DNA of 64,000 bases from Oikopleura dioica. Taxonomy: Eukaryota > Animalia > Chordata. Below the pieces are notes generated by a model that was not told where the DNA came from, did no database searches, and was given only the letters and a program-made list of their open reading frames with translations. The stretch is taken from contig OU015569.1 of assembly GCA_907165135.1 (NCBI GenBank), forward strand, positions 10,292,001-10,356,000, in the 5' to 3' direction. Below, piece after piece: positions 22,795-33,394 of this stretch; position 1 is the stretch's first letter, and each line of letters begins with the position of its first letter. The translations under genes and the position numbers were made by a program.

Positions 22795-25776
22795 TTATGT
22801 TTTCGCGCGCTTTTGTTGTCGCTGTCGGAAAACGTCGTTTGCCATCGCTGCTTCGTCGTTCTTGTTTTGGGCATTCCGTTTCTGGCCGAGTTTTGTGTTC
22901 CTGCAAGAACTGTTAGAATCCCACTGGAATGAGTGTCACTTACTTTGTCCGGACGAATTCGTCGATATTGGGAATTTCTCCACTCCTGAACTTGTCAATC
23001 AGGTCGTCAACTCTAACAAACGGCCCATGGAAGCAGACTGGCGGGGGCATCAGTTTCAATGCATTGTGGGCGGCTGAAAATTCATTGTTGGTCACAATTT
23101 ACCCTAGTGCACCTTACCCTGTGGCATGGGGAATTCGCCGCCGGAAACAGGGTGCGACCCCGGAACTGGAATTCGTCTGGGCTTGAATGGAATCATATGG
23201 TTGGTGTCTGGCTTTGCGTATCCAATGTCATCAACGGGAATGTTCGATCCTCCATTTTGATGATGCACGGTTTGATTCATGACCTGATGCGGTGTTTTTG
23301 GCGCCTTCTCAGCAGATGGCTGAAAATTTTGATTACTCTCTGATTTACTTCTCTGGAAGTAGCCACTTACAATGAGCTCCGACATCAATGAACCCGCATC
23401 CTTATAGCCCATAGAGCGCAGTTCCTCTCTCGTACACGGGAATAGATCCAAGAAACGATACCTAAACAGCTTTGTTACAATCTCCGCTCAAGTGCACAAG
23501 CTGACCTGTCTATCAAGAGCGCGGACTCGTTGCGTTTTTCCTTCTGCGTTCCTTCTCCCAACAACAACTCGTCGGTGACCGGCCTTAGAATTCTTTCTAG
23601 GCGTCTGTTCTCGACCTAGAGTGAGTGGTATTCAACTAGTTATCTAAAATGAGCTTACCTTGAGAATCGAGGTAAGATCGCCAACATGACATTCGAAATC
23701 CAGGTACTTATTCCATACACTCTCCATCTTGTCCGTCTCCTCACTCAAAACTCGCTCGTATAGCACTCTTGAAAAGGGGATCAATGTTAAGGAGCACAAT
23801 GAGGATTTATACCTTGTATTGTTGTCATCGTTCATGTTCGACATAAAGTCCATGTATTGTCTAACATAGTCGGGCTTGTCCGCGAAGCGCTTCAAGCCAA
23901 GCTCGAAGATTTTAAAAGCTGACCAAAGTTTATATAACTCATTGTTATCTGAAGATAACCTAGAGAGACAGGATTTTCTCTCGCTCACGAAACTTCTATT
24001 TTAGGATTTGGAATTTATAGATTTAAACTTTTCCTAGATTTTTATCCTTGGCGCAGTAGTACTCCATCCAGGCAGCGGCAATAAATACGTGGTACTTTAT
24101 TCGGCCATCTTCTCGAGCCAGCCGGAAAATTTGACGCGCGGCTTTGATTCCTTCAGTTCTTCTTGCAAAGCGCATGTATTGAATAAAAGTCAGGGTAGGG
24201 TCGAGCTCGTTGATATCCGTGAGTTTCGTGTAAATGGTGCTAACGATTTCAAAGTTTCCTCGGCTTTCTTCGAAGTTCGCGTAAGCGAAATGGATCTTTC
24301 CGGGGATTGAAAACATTGACATTAGAAAAAGTAAGTGCAAAACTTAAAAAATCACTCAAATAGGAGGGTAAAGAATGCTAATTTTTGACTGGCACTTATC
24401 ATGAGTGTTTTCAACCCATAACAGAGGATTCCTTTTCATCAGCTGTCCAGTCGCGCGCTTGTAAAGTTCAGCGGCTTCATCACCCAGACGTTTTCCGGCG
24501 TGCATTTCGCCCGCGTCGATGAACTCTTGCGAGGATCTAACCAGGAACTGCGCCGCTTCGTACCACATTTCAGGGTGGTGGCCGAGTACGAGCAAACACT
24601 GTTCGTAAGCGAACATCACTCGCCGCGTCTGGAGGTGCTTGTCTTCTATACGAAGATTGTTTCCCTTTTCCCACTCGATATATTTGCGCCACGATTCGAC
24701 GACCTTGCGTTCGTCGATGCCGCCGGTCGCTGGTTGAGCTGGCGCGCTCTTCATCAAATTCCTCTGGAGCACCTCGAGCTCCTTCGTCGCCCGCCGAGCA
24801 TTCAGGTACTCTTTGTTTTTGTCGTCAATCATTTTCTTGGCAATCAGGGGATTAATCGACTGCTCGTATGTGTTGTAATCCTTCCACAGATTCTCGATGT
24901 TCGACATAGGCCTGAAAGAATTCATCTTATTCATCGGAAAATAAAAGAAATCTACATTCTAAGCAAATGGGCTAAATTCGAACAGAGCAGTTGCTAGATT
25001 GCTCCGTTCAAAATCAACCCAAGGACAATGCAGGGCTCTTGATTCCGGGCTGACTTACGTGACGACTCCCCTCTGGAAGATCTTGCGCACATGAGAGATT
25101 CTCTGATTCTCGGCAAAGCTGCCTTGCACTTCGATGTTGCGCATGAAGTTGATGTAATCATTCCAGATCGGGTAGCTCTGGAGATCGAGGCCGATCTTAT
25201 CAATGGCAAAGTCGTACGCTTTCCTCATTTTCTCGCGATAGGTGGGATGTTTATCCTTGGTCTCGCGGATGTACGCCAAGTAAACCTTCCACAGATCAAG
25301 ATTTAGCACTAAACGCCCGCTTTATGACAATTCACTACGTTCTCTAAACTCCACCGTGGGAAATAAGCAAATCTACTGTACTTTAGTGAGAAGCAATCTC
25401 TCTTGTGCGCTGTACCTGAGACGAGACAGCGCTTGAACAGCTTTTCTACATTTTCGTAGTTTCCGTTTTTCATCTCGTGTTCGATGTACTGCTTCCAGAA
25501 TTTCCCGCAAGTTGGAAATTTCTCCACCATTTTCTCGTAAGTCTTCCTCGCCTTTTGAATTCGCTGATTTTGGGCTTCTCTGAACAGCACATTCCAGGCG
25601 TCGTTCTGAATTAATCCATCTTTTAGTTACTATCGTAATTTAATTATCATTATTTTTAATAAAAACGCGAAATATAAAATCTAACGAAATAATCTACTCA
25701 CATCCCAAGGAGCCCAATTCAGCTTTCTCTCCGCTTTTCGCGCCTTTTCCGTGAGAAAACCATCTTCCGCTTCCAT
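22795..25776 (-). CDS. CSTF3: Cleavage stimulation factor 77 kDa subunit (HAT repeats)
   Basis: [108 protein letters not shown] and C-terminal [13 protein letters not shown]. Confidence 0.97.
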
Positions 25777-26192
25777 TTTTGGCGGTTTTTGGCGAGCGGT
25801 GAGCCAAAACCACTGGCAGTGGAGCTTCTACGGGCCTTTCTCTTTTCGTTTGGAGACCGTTGTCGAAACCAGCTCGAAACTCCCGGACTCGTAAGCAAAG
25901 ATTCGACGTGGTCGGAGGAAATTCGTAGCCACTTCAGTGCACTCATTGGCGAGGCGCGCTCGGCCTACGCGCTATGCCACGAAACAGAGCCGCTAAAAAC
26001 GCGCGTTTTTTTCCCCTCTCCTGCCTTTTTTCTCTCCTTCATTCCTTACGTGCTCGTTATGCTCATCCAACCGGCAGAAAAAGTATAAAAAACATTAGAG
26101 GATCACTCCATGCTAAGCATTAAAGATAGGACTTGTTTAATTTCGCTTTATAATTTCTCAATTAGGCATCAATTTTTGCATTTTACTAAGTA

Positions 26193-26353
26193 CAGTGGCG
26201 TTTGCGGTTGCCTCCCTGTTGGAGCGTCCCTCGTTGCCTCCCTATCCAGACGCTCTTTTTCTAGAAGGGCGCATTAAATCGAACCAGAAATCGTCCCGCG
26301 TTGCCTCCCTCTCTAGACGCGTTTGGATAGGGAGGCAACCGCAAACGCCACTG
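26193..26353. mobile_element. Tc1/mariner-type MITE (161 bp)
   Basis: 25-bp perfect TIRs CAGTGGCGTTTGCGGTTGCCTCCCT; TA on both flanks (26191-26192, 26354-26355); internal repeats of GTTGCCTCCCT. Confidence 0.85.
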
Positions 26354-26439
26354 TAAGTATTTCTTAAAATAAAGCAACAAACATTTTTTATAATCGAGAA
26401 TATTTTATTGAGCTCTTATATCCACAGCAATATTTTTCA

Positions 26440-27000
26440 TTACTCGAATTCATCCCAAGTCTGAGGAACATATTCTTTCGATGGAGTTCCAGATTCGCTA
26501 TCGTTAGATTTCCGTGGACACTGAATTCGTTTATAAATCAGTCAGAATAATAATTTTTACCGAATCCGGGGTACTTTTTCTTCTTTTTGGGTTTGGCCTT
26601 GAGTGAATCCCCAAATTTAGTGATGGTTGGCAGTTTCTCAGCAAACGTTACTTTCTTGGCAGTTTTCTGAGGGCTTCGCTCAAATTCATCCCAAGTCTGA
26701 GGTACATACCCTTCTGACGGTGTATCAGATTCGCTGAATTTAAGACGCTTCCAAGCCGTCGATTCCCCTAGGCCAGCAATTTGGAAGGATTGGAACCAGC
26801 GGCTAGAGAAGCGCCTCAAAGTCCGTCTCTCGCAGAAACATTCGACGTCCATAATTAGTCTAAAAACAGTCACAATTAGTCTTTGTTGATTTACAGACGT
26901 ATTTAGATTCAACACGAAAACTAAAACATCTTTTTGTTGTTGATTCAGAATATAAGATGGTCAGTGGTGATGGTTAGCAGTTTCTCAGCAAACATAACTT
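26440..27000 (-). repeat. Shuffled local duplications encoding repeated peptide modules (YVPQTWDEFE twice; KKV[TM]FAEKL twice)
   Basis: AATTCATCCCAAGTCTGAGG occurs at ~26448 and ~26683; GTGATGGTT.GCAGTTTCTCAGCAAAC occurs at ~26621 and ~26967. ORF 26538-26915 contains one copy of each module. Confidence 0.6.
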
Positions 27001-27460
27001 TTTGAGGGTGCTTGCTTTTCGTGTCTCGAATCGGTCCCGAGTCTCATTTTCCTTCTCTTCATTGGAAGTATCGAGCATCGAAGTCTCAACAATCGAATCG
27101 TTGACACGCATGCGGCATGCCTAAACTCATTCAAATACCCAACTGAAGCTCTTTCTAAAAAACCTTTTGATTTTTACTCATCTCTCTTTCATGGATAACT
27201 TTCTTGTTCGCTGCTGGACAGAAAATTTGGAAATTCAGAAGTGTCAGAATCCGTTTTTTTTGTGCGAATGCAAATTCAAATCGTTGCCCGCGTGGTGCTA
27301 AGGAGGTTCGATTTTTATCTCGACAACAACAATGAAAAGAAAACGGTTATGCTTTTGAACACACAAAGAAATAAAAAAAAACAAGAATCCAGTCAAGAAG
27401 ATCGCTTGAAATTCTCGTAAAATTTGAGGGCTTGTTTATGAAAATGTCGTAGTTTTGAAG

Positions 27461-28054
27461 TTATTTTTCGAATTCTCGAAAGTGGTAAGAGCAAAATTCG
27501 TTGGCGATTGTGGAGGCTCGTTTCTTTCCAAGAATCTTCTCGATTTGCTGAAAGTCCTCGATCGGCAGCGCTTCCTTGAGTTGCGCTTTGTATGTCTTGC
27601 CGATTCCCTTGATGTGAAAATCAAATGTGAAGAATCTCCATTGTCCATTCAGAAAGTCCAGAAATGCTTTCTTTGGATCGCCCTCAATCTTGCGGATGTG
27701 TCGGTTGATGCTAAAAGCCATATTTGGATTCTTTGGATGCAATCTCGAGCTGAAACTGAAGGCGAAAAGGTTAGGATCCTGGACTATTCCGTCGGGAATC
27801 TTCTCGGCGCTTTCTTTCTTCGACTCTGCAACATCAACAGCGAACGTCTTCTGTTCTTGTTGAAGCTCTCTTGACATTTCTTCTATCTGGACTTGCATTT
27901 TCATAATCTTGTCATGTCGTTTCGCGAAGATGTCTCTCGTAACTCTTAGGTGCTGGACGTATCCTTCGACACTTTTGGATTTCTTCGCTGGATTTGTCGT
28001 GTCATCGACGTCGATTTTTCGCTTTTTTGATGATTCTGATTGCTGTTGATTCAT
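27461..28054 (-). CDS. Intronless hypothetical protein (197 aa): basic NLS, coiled coil, unknown C-terminal domain
   Basis: Clean ATG after an A-rich context (AAAAATG), KKRK motif, protein-like composition. No family recognised. Confidence 0.65.
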   Translation of the reverse strand: MNQQQSESSKKRKIDVDDTTNPAKKSKSVEGYVQHLRVTRDIFAKRHDKIMKMQVQIEEMSRELQQEQKTFAVDVAESKKESAEKIPDGIVQDPNLFAFSFSSRLHPKNPNMAFSINRHIRKIEGDPKKAFLDFLNGQWRFFTFDFHIKGIGKTYKAQLKEALPIEDFQQIEKILGKKRASTIANEFCSYHFREFEK

Positions 28055-28923
28055 TTTTATTTTATGAAAAGTTGAACGAAAATTTGCCTTTTTACATAAG
28101 TTTTAGATAGATGGCGCTCTTTCTAGCAGATGGTAACAATCTAGGGAAACGTAAGATCTGTGATAAAAGACTCCAAGCCGAGAATACAGATGCCATACTA
28201 AATTTTTATGATAACAATCAGGAAATCGAAAAAACCCAAAGAACAAAGATTTAGGATACATGAAGGATTCGCGTTGAAGATAACTTTTAAAGGTTACTGA
28301 GGTACTGTTGGAGTTGCTACTTTAACCGATTTCTTTTTCCGACGGATCATGAATAGGCTCACAAAAAAATGAGGAAACAGGAACAACCCAGTTACGTCTC
28401 AACCGCGGCGGCGAACTTGATCCGCTCATTCTGCGGTTCATTGGCGATTTTACCGAGCACCACCAACAGAATGGTTACAAGAATCATGTCAGCGCGACCA
28501 ACAAGAGTGTGGACAGCTTCCGATATGACAGGATACGAAAGAAATAAAAACCCACCGATGCGGGAAACTAATTGCGTGTCGAAGCACTTTTGAGCGGAAT
28601 CACTAATTGCTTGTAAAAAGGGAATGTTCTGTTATAATAAGCTTAGCCATAAGGAATTTCCTTAATTGATAGTCATTGGAAAAAATGCGCTTCTTTCATG
28701 TAATAAAATGGCGAGGAAACGCGCTCAAAAAAAAACTAACTTTTCGTTTAAAAAAACTCATCGTTTGTGTCTTTGATTTCGCAATGTTAGCTTTGGTTAA
28801 CAGAAACTTATTCCTATGCTTGGTTTATTAGGTCGTAAGAGTACGCTTGAAACTGATGAAGAGTTTCATATTGAAGAAATAATACCTTGGTATCTTTGAT
28901 AGAAAATTGCAGTAATTTTAAAA

Positions 28924-30513
28924 TTAGCTAGTGTTGAGCCAATTCATTGACACATTAAATTTCTCTGCGACTTTTTGATTTGTGCTTTTTGACGAGCTAA
29001 GCAACGAGCTACTCCGGCAATGGTAAGAGTAGCCAAGAAAAGCGAGCTCGTTCCTGAAGTAAAAGTCCTCGAGCATGCTTTGCGTGCTTTTTGAGATTGA
29101 GTACAACTCCGTGTCGTTGGAAGATCGGCCCTTGCTCGGAGGGAGACAGTCCAGCTCTTCGTTTTCCATTTTGACGCAATAAAATCCGTCCTCACGTCTG
29201 GCAAAATTCGCTTCTTCGAAAAAGCTCTCGACTCCGAGGTACTTCTCCAGTCGCTGGAACAACTTCCAGGGTTGAGTTTTCAACTCTTGCCCGTCGAAAA
29301 TGAAAGGAGCTTGTTTGTAGATGCCGAACTCGTTTGGACCATTGGTGAAGGAAGTGTTCACTGCCGAGAATCGGCCGATTCCGAACATTTCGAAAACATC
29401 CTTGTGCTTTTTGTACTCTTCTTGGCGATCGCGCACCATCGGCAAGTACTTTTCGACCATCGAGTTGAACGTCATGTTTTGGAAAGGATAGGCGCTAGAC
29501 TCGCTGCCCAGAAACATCCGGTTCACGGCGTGACTCTTCTCGGCCCACGAAGCCATCACGTGCTTAAAGTCCGAGAGTAGCCTTTTCACAGGATCGCAGA
29601 CGATGAAGATCACTTTCAAGTTCTCAAGCCACGAGTCGATGTAGCTTTGATGGATGAAATTCTCCTCGCTCTGGAAATTCGATTATTGGACTAGCACTTT
29701 ATTGCAGAATAACTTTCCTGTATAAAGTTGATTATCTTTTTTATTCCCGAGTTGGCTGTTTTGCCAAAGAAATGGATCTTCTTCTGCTGCTCCTGTAATC
29801 GATGGATCTTGGCAATATTGTCGACAATGTCATTTTTCTGCTTCCACATCAGCCAAACGTGATTTAAATAACTTTTGACGTCGAAAGTAGGGTTCCCAGT
29901 GTCGTGATAAGGCGACTCCATGAAGCCGTGTATCACCTACAGTGGATCATTGAAATAAACAGTCAATCGGAGCATAGAAAACCTGTGGATGGTGACCGAA
30001 GAATCTGATCAACGCCTTTGTGCCGCACTTTTTTGCTCCAGTGACAAACACAGTCGGTAGTTGCTCCATCAATTCTTTCTTCAGTGGGTCGATATTGCTT
30101 GACGCCTTTCTCTCAAACATAGAGTTTCGTCGCTCATCTTCAATGAACTTGATTGTCATTCGAAGCTCGTTTCTCGATTTGCTGCTGCTCATGACTTGAT
30201 TGTATTTTTCGTTCTCATCGAAACTGAGTTTTTCTCGCCCAAGAGTTTTTCTGGCAAGATTGAGCATTTCTTCACTCGGTTGAAAAGAGCTAGAACGCCT
30301 CTGAACTCCCTCGTCGGAAGAGTCCATTTTTCGATCTTTGTTCAACTCTTCTTGTATTTCTTTCAGATTGAGAGGAATGATTTCTTCTTTTTGAGTCTCT
30401 TGAATCTGCGCTGGAAGTATTGCGCTGCTGCTGCTGTTTATAAATAGTACCCATAAAGCAATATTTAAAATAGCGCAAAAAACAAGAATTAGGAATCGCT
30501 TTTGCTTGATCAT
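28924..30513 (-). CDS. Golgi type II sulfotransferase, heparan sulfate 3-O-sulfotransferase (HS3ST)-like
   Basis: N-terminal TM anchor; 5'-PSB loop LPTVFVTGAKKCGTKAL; 3'-PB region KVIFIVCDPVKRLLSDF; C-terminal GFYC...CLPPSKGR. Confidence 0.8.
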
Positions 30514-30854
30514 TGTTTTGTTAAAAAGAAAAAGTTTTATATAATTGTTGAATGATAGTTATTAAAGTTTGCAATGGTGGCATGAACGAACGCCGTGAAA
30601 TTCATACGATGACCTTTTTTCTTTAGCCGATTTATCAAATTCAGGGGCCAATTGGCAATTGTGGATTCTTCGGTTACCATCTTAGCCGGTTTCGTACAGT
30701 AGAACCCAACCTGCATACTGTTAAGGTGCGATTCTTTTGGAAGAGCCGTAAATGCAACGCCCACTTATGAAAATCTCGTTTGTTGACTTTGCAAATAAGT
30801 TAAAAATTCGCGATTTCAAGAAGTAGAAATAGAAATAGCTGAGAGATTTCAGAA

Positions 30855-32737
30855 ATGCTGTATATTTTGCTAAGTACTGTTGTTGCTCTTCTTCTGTGTC
30901 GCCTGGTCGTGCTCTGGGTGAGATATGAGGTGATGCACCCTCTGCGAGAGCATGCTTACCCGCTGAGAAAAGATAAGAACTTCGAAGTCATAAAAGAAGC
31001 TGCTGGAAACGGCACTCTGCCAAAAGCTTTCAGGCCGAATTCATTTCCACTTTCTTCATGGAGGAAAAGGTTTTTATAATTTTGAGAAATTCTTGTCTAA
31101 ATACATTCCCGAAAACCTTTTCAAGTGGAAACGTCATTCTCGCCGATTACGAATTAATCAAAGAAGCGTTTTCGAAAAAAGAACTGTCAAATCGTCTTTA
31201 CTCGGAGAAATTGGACCAGGACATGGTCAGAAAGCGCAAAAACTACGGCATCAATGAAATGGTCGAGCGAATTCTTGGCCCGGAAGATACTCTCACGAAA
31301 AACGGCGCCGGCGCATCGATGGGAATCGGCGATGGTTTCTACGACGAGACGCACAGGAACTTGCGTGTCCACTGGCACGATACGATCAAGCGCCTTGTCG
31401 GGCGGAATCAAATCTCCGAGATCATCCAGCACAGTTCCGCCCAGGTCAACCGCTATCTCGAACGCGAAGGGAGCCAGGACGGCATTGACCCACGCGAGAT
31501 CTTCATGAATGGCACGATGAATGTCGTCACTGGTTTTTCTCTCGGAATTCTGTACGAATTCGACGATCCAGGTAATCAGAGTTCTTTATTCTTTCGAGAA
31601 CTTGCAATTTAAGATTTCAAAAACTTGGCCAAGTACGTTCGAGTCTTCTTTGAAAATATGCGAAATATGTACGTCAATAAGATCATTGTCGATATTTTTC
31701 CTCTATGGCCTCGGGTTATTTTAATTAGTCGACTATAGCGGAACAAAACTATTAGCCCGTATAAAAGATGACGCAAAACTGGCTGTACCAACTGTTCGTG
31801 AGAAAACCGCTGGCTGGAATTACAGAAACGGTCCCACGATTCACCGAGTATATTTTAACCAAGGTGAAAGAACACCGAGCAACTCTGGATATTGCTAACC
31901 CAAAAGATTTTCTTGGTAATTTTGCATAGAAGTTACAATCAAAAAAATGATCAACTAGACATTTTGCTCATCGCAGCTGAAAAAGACTCGCGCTTGGGGC
32001 ATTTTACGATCACTTCTTCGATCGTTGCTCTGTATTTGGGAGCAAGTGACACTCTTTCGTAAGTAGCAAAAATGCAAGAATAAGGCACCAAAAATTGTAG
32101 GAATCAAATGAGATGGCTTTGTTTTACGCTGGCAGATCACCCGGAAGTGCAGGAAAAGATGTTTGAAGAAATAAAGGCATCGATCGAAAAAGACTCGGAA
32201 ATCATGAAGGAAAATTGCCCGTTCACCCGCTCCGTGCTTCTGGAAAATATGCGATGGCATCCTGTCGTCGACACATTGCCGCACCGAGCAACCGAAGATA
32301 TCGAAGTACAGGGCGTCCCAATAAAAAATAAAGCGGTTGTACAAGGTTTTTCTTTTTGCTTTCAGTCAGAATATCAGGTTTTTATTGTTTTCAGCTTCAC
32401 TGACTGCAGTGATGCACAACCCGGCAAACTTTCCTGAGCCAGAAAAGTTCATCCCTGATCGTTTCATCAAAAACGGAGCCTTTGAAAATGACGTTAAAGT
32501 TTGCGGATTCTCGCTAGGACTGAGAAATTGCATCGGCAAGCAACTGGCGATAGAAGAATACTTTATCTTTTCAAGCAACATGGTGAAGTCCTTCAGACTA
32601 GAAAGGTACTCTTGAATCAAGGAAAAAACAACGATACATGCTTCAGAACTGCTGGCAAAAACGAGATCGCGAATCACACGGCAATCTTGATGCCGAAAGA
32701 CGGCAACAAAGTGCGCTTCATCCCTCGCAACAAATAA
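30855..32737 (+). CDS. Cytochrome P450, CYP2 clan, multi-exon
   Basis: N-terminal anchor, I-helix LYLGASDTLS, K-helix LENMR, HRATED, FIPDRF, heme motif FSLGLRNCIG; stop at 32737. Confidence 0.93.
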
Positions 32738-33394
32738 TAAACAAAGTTCAATATTACGATATTCTTTATTTGAGGCAAAGTGAACAGTTGAAGCTAAGTG
32801 TTTGTTTGTTGAGAGTAGAGCACGCATTTTTTGGGTTTTTTTTTATGATTTTGTGATTTGAACTTGGTCGCTCCCGCTCAGAATAAATTAGGCGAGATGG
32901 CTAGGGTGACCTTAGCCATTGAGTAGGGTCGCGTTTAGATGCGGCAAAATCACCCATCAAGTCTGTTTTTTTGTTTTAATATTTTCGGTGGCCATTTTCA
33001 CTAATTTTGATCAGTAAAATAATTTGCATATGAATTCGAAAAATAATGAAAGAGTTCATATGCGCTCACCGGATTACCAATACGGAAGAGCTCATTATAC
33101 AGTGTGTCGAAAAAGATACAAGTTATTTCATTTTTTTCGTAGAATTCGTCTTAGTGGGCGCCTCTGCTGTCGGTAATTTCAGCAGAGGAGCTAAGGAGGT
33201 TATGGCGGATGTAACGACTAGAAGACTGAAGCGAAAAATCTAGTTATGCTGCTATATCAATATATATAGAAGGAGGAGAATTTTGCAGTTGAGTGTAGAC
33301 TTCGGTGGCAGATACAATATAAACAAGGTTGGTACAGTCGCTCACGAACTCGTCAGTCCCTTGAATTGATATTATTAGGGAACAGTCTTTTTAA

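Noticed and set aside
24500-24997. Long plus-strand ORFs opposite real genes (also 12960-13298, 18339-18680, 27455-27874, 29272-29580)
   Set aside because: Antisense shadows of well-supported minus-strand coding exons.
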